Positions 28,800-44,453 of a DNA stretch of 64,000 nucleotides are shown piece after piece; positions within the stretch are counted from its first letter, which is position 1; each line of letters starts with the position of its first letter. Under the pieces are notes generated by a model. The model made no database searches, had not been told where the DNA came from, and worked only from the letters and a program-made list of their open reading frames with translations. The translations under genes were made by a program, and so were the position numbers. The stretch comes from Eledone cirrhosa. Its lineage: Eukaryota. The stretch is from NCBI GenBank assembly GCA_964016885.1, contig OZ024745.1, positions 26,474,001 through 26,538,000 on the forward strand. Reading direction: 5' to 3'.

Positions 28800-28804
<5 letters not shown>
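28313..28804. repeat. ~490-bp fold-back palindrome with (CA)n and (TG)n arms
   Basis: atgataaaatgatgcatatatttctacatacg.. mirrors ..cgtatgtagaaatatatgcaccattttatcat. Confidence 0.8.
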
Positions 28805-28841
<37 letters not shown>

Positions 28842-28950
28842 AGAATAGGTGTGCGTATTTATATTTTACATTAATTTGTTCGGATATTTTTACCTGTATA
28901 TATATTATAAAGAATTGGGTATTCTTTATGTATGTGCTCTACACATATAT

Positions 28951-29038
<88 letters not shown>

Positions 29039-29039
29039 C

Positions 29040-29306
<267 letters not shown>

Positions 29307-29330
29307 GTAGAGCACATATATAAAGAATAA

Positions 29331-29461
<131 letters not shown>

Positions 29462-30362
29462 GTGTATGTATGTATATATGTATGTATGCATGTATGTAGG
29501 CAGATATGTATGTTTCTATTTGTGTGTATCAAAATTTATAAACGGGCCAACTCCTTCGGATACATAGAGACATGGAAAAAGACATAGGCTGACACACATG
29601 CAAATGAGCATGCACACAGACACACATAACATACATGCATAACATGGTGGCTGCCAACTCGTTTTCGTGTACGGCCACTACTTTATATCCATGTAGGAGA
29701 ACCCCTACCGATGCGCTGAACGAGTGTGACTTTTTAGTCCAGCCAGCGACTTGAAAACTCTGGTACAAATACTACACTTGTGACAATTATTGACACATAG
29801 TGCTGGGCCCATGGTACCATGTGACGACAAGTGCAGAGAGATCTCCAGATATAAAGCAATGCCTGTGCCGTGAAGCTTTTATATACATACCTACACACAT
29901 GCATATGTGTTTATTTTTGTATATATTCAGATATGCATTATAAACATATATGCTTATATATAAAAATATTTTTTATCTAATTGTTTTGGCTGTCGAATGA
30001 GCTAGATATTTTCTTACAGGAATCATCTAATTTCTTGAAACCTTGCCTAAAACAATAATTATATTGAGTTGTTTGTTATGTAATTAAATAGCTCTGTACT
30101 ATACACAGAGCACTCTTCTTTCCTTTATCTTTTCTGCGACAATATTTAACACAACATATACATACATACATACATACATACATACATACATACATACATA
30201 CATACATACATACATACATACATACATACATACATACATGATGGCTGCCCCCTCTTTATCAAGTATGGCCATTGCACGAGAAAAAATATGTGCGTGTGTG
30301 TATATATACATACATACATATATACATACATACATACATACATACATACATACATACATACA

Positions 30363-30396
<34 letters not shown>

Positions 30397-30433
30397 CATA
30401 CAGGCATACATACAAGCATATATATATATATAT

Positions 30434-30683
30434 AATGGAGGAGTTGTGGTAAGGAACCAGATGGACCATAACGTACCAGAGTACTCAATACTTAGAGTAG
30501 AAGAGTGGGTAATAGGAAAAGTATGACCCCGACGGCTTGAGCTCTGCCATCGGGGTCATACTTTCTCATATATATATATATATATAACGAAGGAGGTGTG
30601 GTAAGTGACCAGATGGACCATAACGCACCAGAGTACTCGCCGTCGAAACGGCTTGAGCTCTGCCGTCGGGGTCAAACATTTTC

Positions 30684-30686
<3 letters not shown>
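30434..30686 (+). mobile_element. Two internally deleted copies of fold-back family F1
   Basis: tgtggtaag..accagatggaccataacg..ccagagtactc start in both; hairpin centre partly deleted. Confidence 0.8.
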
Positions 30687-30727
<41 letters not shown>

Positions 30728-30812
30728 CTGTATATATATATACAGTTTCAGAGAGATCCCGTTAAGGGTGAAAGCAGCGATTCTTTGCTTAAACTTTAAT
30801 CTGTTATTTTAG

Positions 30813-30918
<106 letters not shown>

Positions 30919-31041
30919 AATATATATATATATATATAGGAAAAGAGTCATGAACCCTGACTCGTTTCCTATTACCCACTCAATTAACTATTGAGTACTC
31001 TGGTGCGTTATTGTCCACCTGGTATCTGACCACACCTTCTT

Positions 31042-31121
<80 letters not shown>

Positions 31122-31149
31122 GGGCGCGGCGGAGTTGCAAATGGGTTAC

Positions 31150-31559
31150 ATATGAAAAAAGTTTGTTTCGCACGCTCGGCCAAGCTGGTCGGAATTTTTT
31201 CAATCTCTCGTCTGCGATTTTACAGAACTTATGTTTACCGAATTCGCAGACCAGACCGCTTCTTCCTCCCGTTAGACCTGTGCGAAATTCCTTCCTTGCT
31301 CACATTTCAACCAGGTTTGATGGTCTTTATTCTCTCGTCACGATTTCACCGAATTTAAATTCATAGAAATCTGGGACTTGTCTCCTTCTTCCTCACTTTC
31401 TGTTGCTTCACCATTTTGTTTGTTTACCCTCGCCTCCCCTTTATTTACGTGTCCCAACGACTTTTTTTAGCCGTTGCTCGCACCAACCGGAGGTATATGG
31501 TCTTTAAAGCGATGAAATGCCTATGATGGTTGGAAGATCACTGATGAAGGACAAACTTT

Positions 31560-31567
<8 letters not shown>
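31150..31567. mobile_element. ~420-bp element with 17-bp terminal inverted repeats (MITE-like)
   Basis: atatgaaaaaagtttgt ... acaaacttttttcatat; interior is more GC-rich than the flanks. Confidence 0.6.
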
Positions 31568-31624
<57 letters not shown>

Positions 31625-31947
31625 ATATAAGTAACATCGCAGTTAGAGGATCAACATTTATCATATATATGTATATATACATACATATATGTATGTGTGT
31701 GCGTGTTTGGCGCCCATGTGTATGTATAAATAATATAATAATTGATTCACTAAATTTGAAAATATATATTACATAAAACACATTTTATATATATTTATCA
31801 TAAATACATCAAATACGCACACACACAACACACATACACACATGTATATATCGATAGTCGATTGACATATCCCATACCTCAAGAGCGTGAAACTAATAAA
31901 CCTTTGTTCGTACTGCCTCTCTGTTTTGTTCCCGTTCCATTTTTCAC

Positions 31948-32126
31948 TATATATATATATATATATTTATTTATTTATATATATATATTTACATATATAT
32001 ATATATATGTATATAAATATATACATATATGTATATGTATATATATATACGTACATATATATATATGTATATATATATATACATATATATATGTGTATAT
32101 ATATATATGTACCTATATATATATGC

Positions 32127-32173
<47 letters not shown>

Positions 32174-32308
32174 AATATATATATATGTATATATATATAA
32201 ATATATATATATGTATAAATATATGTACATATATATATAAATATATATATATGTATAAATATATGTACATATATATATAAATATATATATATGTATAAAT
32301 ATATGTAC

Positions 32309-32357
<49 letters not shown>

Positions 32358-32366
32358 CATATATAT

Positions 32367-32413
<47 letters not shown>

Positions 32414-32590
32414 TATATACATATATACATATATATATATACATATATACATATATACATATATATACATATATATATACATATATACATATATATATAT
32501 ACATATATACATATATACATATACATATATACATATATATATATACATATATACATATATATATATACATATATATATATACATATATAC

Positions 32591-32647
<57 letters not shown>

Positions 32648-32688
32648 TATATACATATATATATATACATATACATATATATATATAC

Positions 32689-32741
<53 letters not shown>

Positions 32742-32752
32742 CATATATATAC

Positions 32753-32817
<65 letters not shown>

Positions 32818-32822
32818 CATAC

Positions 32823-32887
<65 letters not shown>

Positions 32888-33100
32888 CATACATATATAT
32901 ATATATACATATATATATATACATATATATATATACATATATATATATACATATATATATATACATATATATACATATATGTATACATATATATATATAC
33001 ATATATATACATATATATATATATATACATATATATACATATATATATATACATATATATATATACATATATATATATATATGTATGTATATATATATCA
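31948..33100. repeat. ~1.1-kb (TA)n tract with CA interruptions
   Basis: Direct inspection. Confidence 0.92.
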
Positions 33101-33284
33101 ATATAAATATGAATATCAATATATATATATGATGATATGGGATCGATTGTGCATTGGATATCGAATGCTCTACTAAATATATAATATTATAGATGTAGCG
33201 AGATCTAGGCAAATAGATGTCTATTGAAACGTACGTAAGATCCGAATAAATCTCTTTTACTGCATCTTTCTGTTCTTTTTAATT

Positions 33285-33356
<72 letters not shown>

Positions 33357-33415
33357 ATATATATATATATGAATATCAATATATATATATATATATTTAA
33401 CATATTATATACTAT

Positions 33416-33660
33416 CTACAATATATAAAATAATTGTTTCTACTTTTGGCACAAGGGCAGCAAATACGCAGTACATTACTGGTACTTTATTTTATCGACC
33501 CCGTAAGGATGAAAGGCAAAGTTATCCTCGGCGGGATACAATATATAAAATAATTGTTTCTACCTTTTTGGCACAAGGCCAGCAATTACCCAGTGTATTA
33601 CTGGTACTTTATTTTATCGATCCTATAAGGATGAATGGCAAAGTTAACCTCGGCGGGATA
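33416..33660 (-). mobile_element. Tandem ~120-bp duplication of a partial Meta-like SINE plus flank
   Basis: tacaatatataaaataattgtttctac...cctcggcgggata occurs twice. Confidence 0.8.
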
Positions 33661-33957
33661 AATAATGCTGTCTATATGTTGTTGGTGCACAGACGAGGTG
33701 ATGCAATCAATTGAATTCATTAAGAAACATTATTAATACATAATTGTGTCATCGGGGATGTCGCTATGTAGTTCTAACTACTAAAATCCAATTACGCGCC
33801 ATACGTATGCATGTATGTATATATGTATATATGTATGTATGTATGTATGCATGCATGTATGTATGAACGTATTTAATTGTTTATGGATGAATGTATGCGT
33901 GTATGTATGTATTATGTATTTATGCATGTATGTATTTATGTATTTATATATGAATGT

Positions 33958-34700
33958 ATGTATGCATGCATGTATGTATGTATAGTATTATTTATGCTTT
34001 GCAGCATAGTTACGTCCCTTTACAATCTGAGTTCAAATCCCGCCGAGGTTGACATTGCCTTTCATCCTTACGGGGGTCGATAAAATAAAGTACCAGTAAT
34101 GCACTGGTTAATTGCTGGCCTTGTGCCTAAAAGTAGAAACAATTATTTATGTCTGTAGGGTATACGAAGTCACGTGTCTTACTTATTAGGGGTTCGGCAC
34201 GAGATTTTGATTCTAGACCTGCAGGCGCGTTGTCTCCTTTAGCATGACACTCCAATGTATGTGTATATATGTATATATGTACGTATGCATGAAATGAAAA
34301 AAAAAACGATATGTCCTACACGAGTGAAAGTATAAGAAATAAAGATGAAATCGAAAAGCAACTGGAGTCTTTTAAAATATTTATTTGGTTTCTTTACCGG
34401 TTTCGCAGTTCTTGTGCCGTATTGCCCGGCACCGAAGACGCACCCTAATTTTGACAAACAAAAATATGAAAAAAATAATTGTTTCTACTTTAGGCACAAG
34501 GCCAGCAATTACCCAGTGCATTACTGGAACTTTTATTTTATCGACCCCGTAAGGATGAAAGGCAAAGTCAACCTCGGCGGGATTTGAACTCAGATCGTAA
34601 AGGGACGTAACTATGCTGCAAAGCATAAATAATACTATACATACATACATGCATGCATACATACGTCCGACCCTCTACCGATACTGCCAATCCACCGCCC
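33958..34700. mobile_element. Inverted pair of Meta-like SINEs (34005-34142 +, 34480-34700 -) sharing a non-SINE microsatellite segment
   Basis: gtatgcatgcatgtatgtatgtatagtattatttatgctttgcagcatagttacg is mirrored at 34607-34663. Confidence 0.8.
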
Positions 34701-35008
34701 TTATGAATATGAAAAAAATAATAAACATCTTTCGGCCTCCAGGACGCACGGTAGATTTTTTAGACTTAATTTATGAAAAAAATAGTGTCTTAGACGCCGG
34801 GAAAACCGGTATACATATATATATCTATATATATCGTCCAAGGAGACAACAAACAGGGGTACAAAAAGTCTTATTAGTTTCACGCTTTATATTGAAAAGA
34901 GGAAAGAAAGTTCGGCATGTCGGGCTTAAACCCTTCCTTCAGGAGTACAAAATAGAGTCAGGATGACAAAGAAACAGAAAACCGATCAGAGTAAAGAAAT
35001 AAAATTAC

Positions 35009-35058
<50 letters not shown>

Positions 35059-35707
35059 GAACCATAAATTCATAGACTCCGGTATTGATACGAATTAAAC
35101 AACAATAGCAATAATTTAAACTTATTTTAGTAACGAAAGTAATACTAAATATACTCGAATGTGATTCGAAATCCTAATAAAATATTTTCTGTTTACCTGA
35201 AATAATGTTTTATAACCCATTAAGGCTTTTGGTACCAGGTGACTATGTATATTCTTCAATGTTTCCTAGGATTGCAAAATGCCGCATATTAAAGGAAAGT
35301 TATTTCAATAAAATATAAATCGATACAAGATTGGTTTTTATATCGATGGAAGAAGGAGAGACAGTAAAAATTACGCCGTCTGAATTTGACCGCACACCGC
35401 ATATGGAGATCATATATTTATTCATATAGGAATTTTATCACGATTATTTTAATAATTATTATAAAATAAAAATATGATTTCATACGTATGAATCAGTTCT
35501 AGTCTTGTAGAACCCCTTTCTATATTACATATGTTCAGACTCTACTAATGTATTGAGTACCTTATTAAATGTGGTTACTCCCGAATTAATATATATCAAG
35601 GAGGACAGATATATATTTTGTTATATATTCTTAACACAGTACAGGAATTATTCCGTCATTTCGCTAACAGAGGTCTAAAGAGCTTTTGATTCCAGAGTCG
35701 GGCACGG

Positions 35708-35752
<45 letters not shown>

Positions 35753-36151
35753 AGAGATGTCAACATGAATGGACCTGTTATTTTTATCTAAAGACATTTT
35801 TTCCAATTCCATCCCGCCGGACCCCTCAATCTGTTTTATTTCCAAAACGTTAAGACCCTCTTCCTGCAATATCAAGCGTTAACCTAATATATACCTTCCA
35901 TATACTGTACGGATTGTGTTGTTATTTCTGTTTACCTTTTACATATAAATGTAGAATATGCTACGATCATACCTTTTACATATATATATATTTATATGTA
36001 TATATATACATATATATATATGTATATATATATATGTATATATATACATATAAATATATATATATGTAAAAGGTATATATATATATATATATATGTTGAA
36101 ATGCGCATGATAAAATACATGGAACTTTTTTAACCATCTTTTAATTTCTTC

Positions 36152-36184
<33 letters not shown>

Positions 36185-36297
36185 GATATACATATATATA
36201 TATACATAAATATATATATATATGTGTATATGTATATATATGTATATATGTATATATAATATATAATATATATATATATATAAATATATATATATAA

Positions 36298-36356
<59 letters not shown>

Positions 36357-36484
36357 GATAAATCTACCAAAATATACGGTAGTGTCCAATCCGTATGAAG
36401 AACTCAATGTAATCCAAATATCATGAAAAGAGAAGATGTATTCAACATTTTTTTCGATGAAAATCACAGGAAAACAGTCAAGAT

Positions 36485-36706
<222 letters not shown>

Positions 36707-36914
36707 CAGTTCAGAGTTTGATCCAATCGATAATAGTGTTACTCTTCTAACCGGATTGGGATATTCTTGTTATTCTATCGAAATGGTTGTAAATCAATTG
36801 ACTGATTTGATTAAATCTTTGTTAATATTTACATACACATGCACATACACATACACACTCATACACACACATACAAACACTCACACACGCAAACACTTTC
36901 ACTCTCTCTAACAG

Positions 36915-37207
<293 letters not shown>

Positions 37208-37474
37208 TATATATATATATATATATATAAGTTTATCCCGGGTTCAATTGGGGGTAACCACAGTATGTAGGTTACAAAGCAGAGTATACATATTTAATAT
37301 AGAAAGGCTTCTACAGGACTAGAACTATTTCATTCCGGAGAAATCACCAGGAATCCCATCTTATATATATATGATGAATTTGTTAGAGTGTATATATATG
37401 TGTTTATATACTCATTCATATCGTAGGTCGAATTTGCTTGCACACCGCCAGAGATTCGATTTGACTAAGCCTCC

Positions 37475-38098
<624 letters not shown>

Positions 38099-38369
38099 AT
38101 ATATATATATATATATATATAGTGGCGTTTGATGGAAATTTTGTTGGATAAGAAATTTCGATTTTTCTGATTTACCTAAGTTGAAATTCCCTGCAATAGT
38201 AACATGTTATTCGAAATATTTCATTTTATATTTCTAGTTGTTAATTTCCTTACCTGCTTTCTAATGTTGATGTTTTGCTATTGAACCATGTAATGTCTGC
38301 ACAGCCGTCATTCTCTGGAAATAAGAGAAAGCATTATTGTTATTATTATCATTATTATTAATAATTCTA

Positions 38370-38722
38370 TGCCGCGAAGTACCGCGTCAGACACCATGCT
38401 TCACGGCACCATGCTTCACGGCACAATTGATTTCAAAAGCCGCCGAGGTTAGCTTTGCCTTTCATTCTTACAGGGTCGATAAAATAAAGCACCAGTAATG
38501 CACTGGTGTCGATTTAATCAACTTTCCTCTCCCCCAAATTGCTGGCCTTGTGCCTATAGTAGAAATCATCATTATGGGTGGATTGGCAGTGTTGGTAGAG
38601 GGTCGGACACCATGCTTTGACCCATGCCATTCTGAGTTCAAATCCCACCGGGGTCGATAAAATAAAGTACCCGTAATGCACTGGGTAATTGCTGGCCTTG
38701 TGCAAAAAGTAGAAACAATTAT
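38370..38722 (+). mobile_element. Two tandem Meta-like SINEs (long + short subtype)
   Basis: Two ggggtcgataaaataaag cores and two gtagaaa tails. Confidence 0.78.
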
Positions 38723-39665
38723 TATTATAAATTTGGCGGTGGCTTGACATTATCCAAAATTCATCGTTTTTTTACTAAATTAGGAGCTTTTATAAATTTG
38801 TTAGATTTATGCTTTTTCTTATGGGGTTAATAATGCACTTTTTTCTTCTGAAGATCGAACAAATATATTTCATTCTCTTACTGGGGTCTTCATGATTGAG
38901 TGTACCTCTCCCTCAAATTCTGAGGCATGGTATCTATATTAGCTATCTTTAGGATTTATTACCTAAGGGAAACTTTTATACTTTAACTTTATCATCATCA
39001 TAGTTGTCGTCTTCATCAATATATTTTATCAGCTGAATTAGATCATAAGTTAGATTCTCAGGTTATTTATATGTGATCCCCCGTCAGTTTCAGCGATGAG
39101 CCTTCAATTATTCAAATCTTTGAGCGTCCAGTTTGGGGGTTAATATGTAGATTGGTGGGTAATCTACAGTCACATACATCCTTAAGGTAATTCACAAGAT
39201 GAATCTACTTGACACAACGTGTAGCATGACTAGATCTTTGAATTACTGGTACAATTCAGCCGAAGGGATACAGTACCGTTTCTGTCTATCAAATTCCACT
39301 TAAAAAAATATATATGTTGATCCGAACTTTCGTTAAAAAACTCATGCATAAGATGCCTTTACAGTGGAAACACATTTCTGGCCTCCTGATTGCGAAATGA
39401 ACTACTTATCCACTCAGCCATGCTTTCGTCCATATATATATTTATATATACACATCATATCACTATCTCGGCTCCTGGAAGACTAGGAGTCACTAATTAT
39501 TTCAAGCTCACATACAGACAGTCTCCAGTAATATATAAGGATTACTTCAATTGACTGTAAACTCCATACAAAATATCAATTGATCTTGTGTTTGTCTGTC
39601 TGTCTGCCTTCTGGCAATGTTTAATTCAATGTCTGTTTGCATGTTCGTCAGAATTGTGCAGTTAA

Positions 39666-39667
<2 letters not shown>

Positions 39668-39703
<36 letters not shown>

Positions 39704-39730
39704 ACACTACTACTACTGCTGCTGCTGCTG

Positions 39731-39800
<70 letters not shown>
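39668..39800. repeat. (CTA)n/(CTG)n microsatellite
   Basis: Direct inspection. Confidence 0.93.
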
Positions 39801-40086
39801 ACGTAATAAGAAATATTACAATTATGGAAAACATAAAACAAAGAATCTACTTACATGCTCTCTCCATTCCAGGTATTAAAGTCATTTTGTTGTTTCTCTT
39901 GTTCAATTGTGTTGTTGGTAGTGACATTTATTTTAACGACTATATCACTGCGACGATATTTATGATAGCGCTGGGATAATTTCCAATATTCAAGCTGACC
40001 ATTCTTTCATCAGAAATATTGCTTGGTGCATTAAAACCGCGTCTGGTTTTTGTAAGGTTAAATTCCAAGGTACGATATATCCTACA

Positions 40087-40156
<70 letters not shown>

Positions 40157-40236
40157 TGCAAGTGTGTATGCGTGTGTGCGTACATATATGAATTAATGTG
40201 TAATATATGTAATTATGTATGTATGAATGCATGTAT

Positions 40237-40664
40237 ATTCTCTTTCTCTTAATTTCGAGTACATTTTGACCGGCACCTTCCTGGTGGCAAGGTTGTAAAA
40301 GAAAAGAAATTGTCATCATTTGAATCGCAAGAATGTTTTGCAAATTTTAGAGGTACCAGCTATCGCGGTCATTCGTAGTCTATGAATTAGGGAGCTGCGC
40401 CCTTTGTCCACAAATCCAAGTTCAGTTATACTTTGGTCCAAGCGGGTTGGTATATAACCCGTAGCTCCAATAATAATCGATATGAAGCTGAAGGTGTATC
40501 TTGGATACTGAATCTGCAAACTCCTCATCAATGGTCCGTAGATGTCCTCCTTCTGTAATGTTCTTATAACGTTGACATCAAGTGGGCGGCTGATCTCTAC
40601 AACAGAGTACGTTTTCAATGTGTGGTCCCAAACAACAACATCAGAACAGTTGTGCTTTAATTCG
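40237..40664 (-). mobile_element. 5'-truncated RLE-type (R4-like) retrotransposon 3' end in (TACA)n
   Basis: KHNCSDVVVWD..VVEISRPLD..YGPLMRSL..IIIGATG..GTSKICKTFLRF; stop at 40316; short 3' UTR; (TACA)n-like sequence on both sides. Confidence 0.75.
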
Positions 40665-41264
40665 ATGTATGTTTCTATGTATGTATGTATGTATGTATGT
40701 ATGTATGTATGTATGTATGTATGCATATTCCTTCCTTATTGCTACTTGAGAAGTTATTTTGAGCGGCCAAGTGCTATAAAATTAAAGTACCTTATACTTT
40801 TCGTCACATTTTTCATAACCTATCATCTTTTAGATTTTAGGGTTTGGTAGCTTTTTATTGTCCGGGATATCTTATTAATCTGCAGCGTGTGAATTAAATA
40901 GCTGTGTGCCTTTCCCAAGAATCCAGGTTCCGCCATACCTTATCCAGTCAGTTCAATCCTATTTTCATGAAACTGAAAGTGTATCTTAGAAGTCTATAAA
41001 TGTCCTCTTTTCTGTGTATTTCTGGTCGCATTAATACTAAACTCAGAAGCACATCTCCACTAAAAAGCCTGTTTTATTTTGTGTTCCCAAACAACAATGA
41101 TGCGTTAGTAAAATTGGTTGTGCTTTAATTTGGGCTGTGTTAATTTCTGTATGTATATATTTACTTAGGTCAAAATTGAATATGATAAAGACAACTAAGG
41201 GAAACGCTGACCTAGAATACCAACAAAAAGAATGGCATTAATACAAATAACAACATCAATGATG

Positions 41265-41341
<77 letters not shown>

Positions 41342-42438
41342 CAACGACAGTCTATATATTTAATAACAATCAGTGTTCTCACTAACCAACGATTTATCGC
41401 GGGCTCACGCTCATTCCCCATCTCACTTTAATAATCTAATTCTATATCTCTTGTTCACACACATACATCTTATATGCACATATAGCTACTTCGTTTGTTA
41501 GTTGTTTCATTCATGAAAAACAATGCTGAAGCAACAAAAAAATAAAACATCTATTTCGTTATGAAACCCTTTCTATATCCCCCCCCCCCCACACACACGC
41601 ACACATACACACACACAAACACACATACACATACGCATGCACAAGAACATGCAAACACACATATTCGCGCATGCACATACACACACATTTATATATATAT
41701 ATATATAAATACATACATATACATACATACGGATATACATACATACACACATGCATATATAAACACATACAAACATACACATGTACATATATATAGCCAT
41801 GACAAACACATCCGTCTATATATGTTCAAACCCTTGTGTCATTTCATAAGTTCTATCTTTCTTACCATCTATCTATCTATCTTTCTATCTTTTCATTTTC
41901 TGTCCCTTTCTTTTACCATTTCCCACAATCTATCCATCTTTATTCCGTTATTTCTGTACTTATATTTCTCAAATTTTGTTTTGGTTTCTTTTTTCGATTT
42001 GTTTTACGTTTCTGTTTTTCCAATTCGTTTATTTGAATGTACAAGAAAACGATTAACTCAGTGTTCCTCAGCCAGCAGTTTATTCTTTATGTACTAATCT
42101 TTCGTTATGAGTGTATTCTACTCATATTTTGTGGTGAGAAGTTAGGCCAGTTAGAACACAAGAAGACAGTGTTCAGGCATGTGACGAAAAGGTGATGATG
42201 GGTGGGGAGAGAAAAACGATCGAAAGTAATACATTATCATTTGGAGAGAAGGCAGTACTGAAATGGTTCCCAGAGTTGTTTGTTCCTTAGGAGAACTTTA
42301 CTATACATCTTCCCTTCCTCATCCATTTACACAACATGTCAACAAAGGACGTAAGGTTGATTCACACGTCTTTATTTATCACCCCCATTCTCTCTTTCTC
42401 CCGCTCTCCCTCGCTCGCCTCGTATATATATATATATA

Positions 42439-42725
42439 GTGGAGGCACGTGGCCTAGTGGTAAGAGTGTTGGACTTACGATCATAATGTCGTGGGTTCGA
42501 TTCCTGGGCTGCATGTTGTGTTCTTGAGCAAAACACTTCAGTTCACGTTGCTCCAGTATACTCAGCTGAAAATGAGTACCAGCAATAGCTGGAGGTTTAA
42601 CCCTGCGATGGACTGGCGTCCTGTCCAAGGGGGAGTCTTGTACTCTCAGTCGCTTCACGCCATGAAACCTGGATAAGCACCTGCCAAATGAGCCTTCTGG
42701 CTTAAGACAGACTTTAGACTTTTAG
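42439..42725 (+). mobile_element. Young tRNA-derived SINE with CORE-like and V-domain-like segments
   Basis: gtggcctagtggt A-box, ggttcgattcc B-box, tgtgttcttgagcaaaacactt (CORE-like), ccctgcgatggactggcgtcctgtcca (V-like), (agacttt)n tail. Confidence 0.75.
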
Positions 42726-42998
42726 ATATATATATATATGGAAAAAATGAAATTTCATTTCTCACTCTTAGTACGGCTGATACTTAAATGTAAGTATGTA
42801 TACGTACATACATATATGTATACAGACGTACAGCAGTATGTATATACATACACACATGCACATATATATATATGTACGTATGGGTTTACTGAACATTTAT
42901 TGTAATGCTCGGTTTGTTTGTAAACAAACAGCCCGAATTATTAGCCGTACAGTGTTCGGAAACCATCGCTGCCCTATTTGTTCAACACTGACAAAGAA

Positions 42999-43041
42999 AC
43001 GATGAACTAGTTTCTAGCTTATTAGCTGTCATCAGCACCGT
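42999..43041 (-). ncRNA. Minimal type I hammerhead ribozyme
   Basis: acggtg-CTGATGA-c.agct-aata-agct.a-GAAA-ctag-TT-catcgt; stem I acggtg/catcgt, palindromic stem III ACTAGT, GUU cleavage triplet. Confidence 0.85.
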
Positions 43042-43342
43042 CTACCTTCCTGTCAGTTGATTGAACGTTTGAAACTATATACTTTCCTTATGCATATTAA
43101 CGGCTGAGCAGCCTAGTTTGCATACCGAGTGAGTTAGTCGGCCGGGCGTACCGATAATCATAAATAGAAAAAATGAAATTTCATTTCTCACTCTTAGTAC
43201 GGCTGATACTTTAATATAAGTATGTATACGTACATACATATATGTATACAGACGTACAGTAGTATGTATATACATACATGCACACATATATATATATATG
43301 TACGTATGCATTATAATAAATGTTCGGTAAACCCATACGTAC

Positions 43343-43381
<39 letters not shown>

Positions 43382-43620
43382 AGTGCATGTGTATATATAC
43401 ATACTACTGTACGTCTGTATACATATATATATGTACGTATACATACATTTAAGTATCAGCCGTACTAAGAGTGAGAAATTAAATTTCATTTTTTCCATTT
43501 ATCGTTTTCGGTACGCCCGGCCGACTAACTCACTCGATATGCAGATTAGGCTGCTCAGCCGTTAATATGCATAAGGAAAGTATATACTTTTAAACGTTCA
43601 ATCAACTGACAGGTAAGTAT

Positions 43621-43663
43621 ACGGTGCTGATGGCAGCTAATAAGCTAGAAACTAGTTCATCGT
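43621..43663 (+). ncRNA. Minimal type I hammerhead ribozyme with core variant CTGATGG (probably impaired)
   Basis: acggtg-CTGATGG-cagctaataagcta-GAAA-ctagtt-catcgt. Confidence 0.7.
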
Positions 43664-43918
43664 TCATTTGACAGTGTTGAACAAATAGGGCAGCGATGAT
43701 TGCCGACCACTGTACGGCTTAATTCGGGCTGTTTGTTAACAAACAAACCGAGCATTATAATAAATGTTCGGTAAACCCATACGTACATATATATATATAT
43801 ATATATATATGTGTGCATGTATGTATGTATATACATACTACTGTACGTCTGTATACATATATGTATGTACGTATACATACTTACATTTATATATATATAT
43901 ATATAAATATATATATAT

Positions 43919-44260
<342 letters not shown>

Positions 44261-44391
44261 CTCCCGAATAAAACAGTTCTAGTCCTGTAGAAGCCATTTC
44301 TATACTAAATATTTATACTCTGCTATATATTGAGTACCTTATTTACTGTGGTTAACCCCGATTGAACCCGGGATATCTGTATGTGTTTGTA

Positions 44392-44433
<42 letters not shown>

Positions 44434-44453
44434 TCTTTATATATATATATATA

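Larger units (their letters stand above)
42740..43889. mobile_element. Hammerhead-containing tandem repeat (monomer ~426-444 bp) in a divergent inverted array; retrozyme/PLE pseudo-LTR-like
   Basis: Left arm 42740-43307 (period 426), inversion near 43308, right arm to 43889 (period 444); flanked by (TA)n; one ribozyme motif per arm. Confidence 0.85.
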
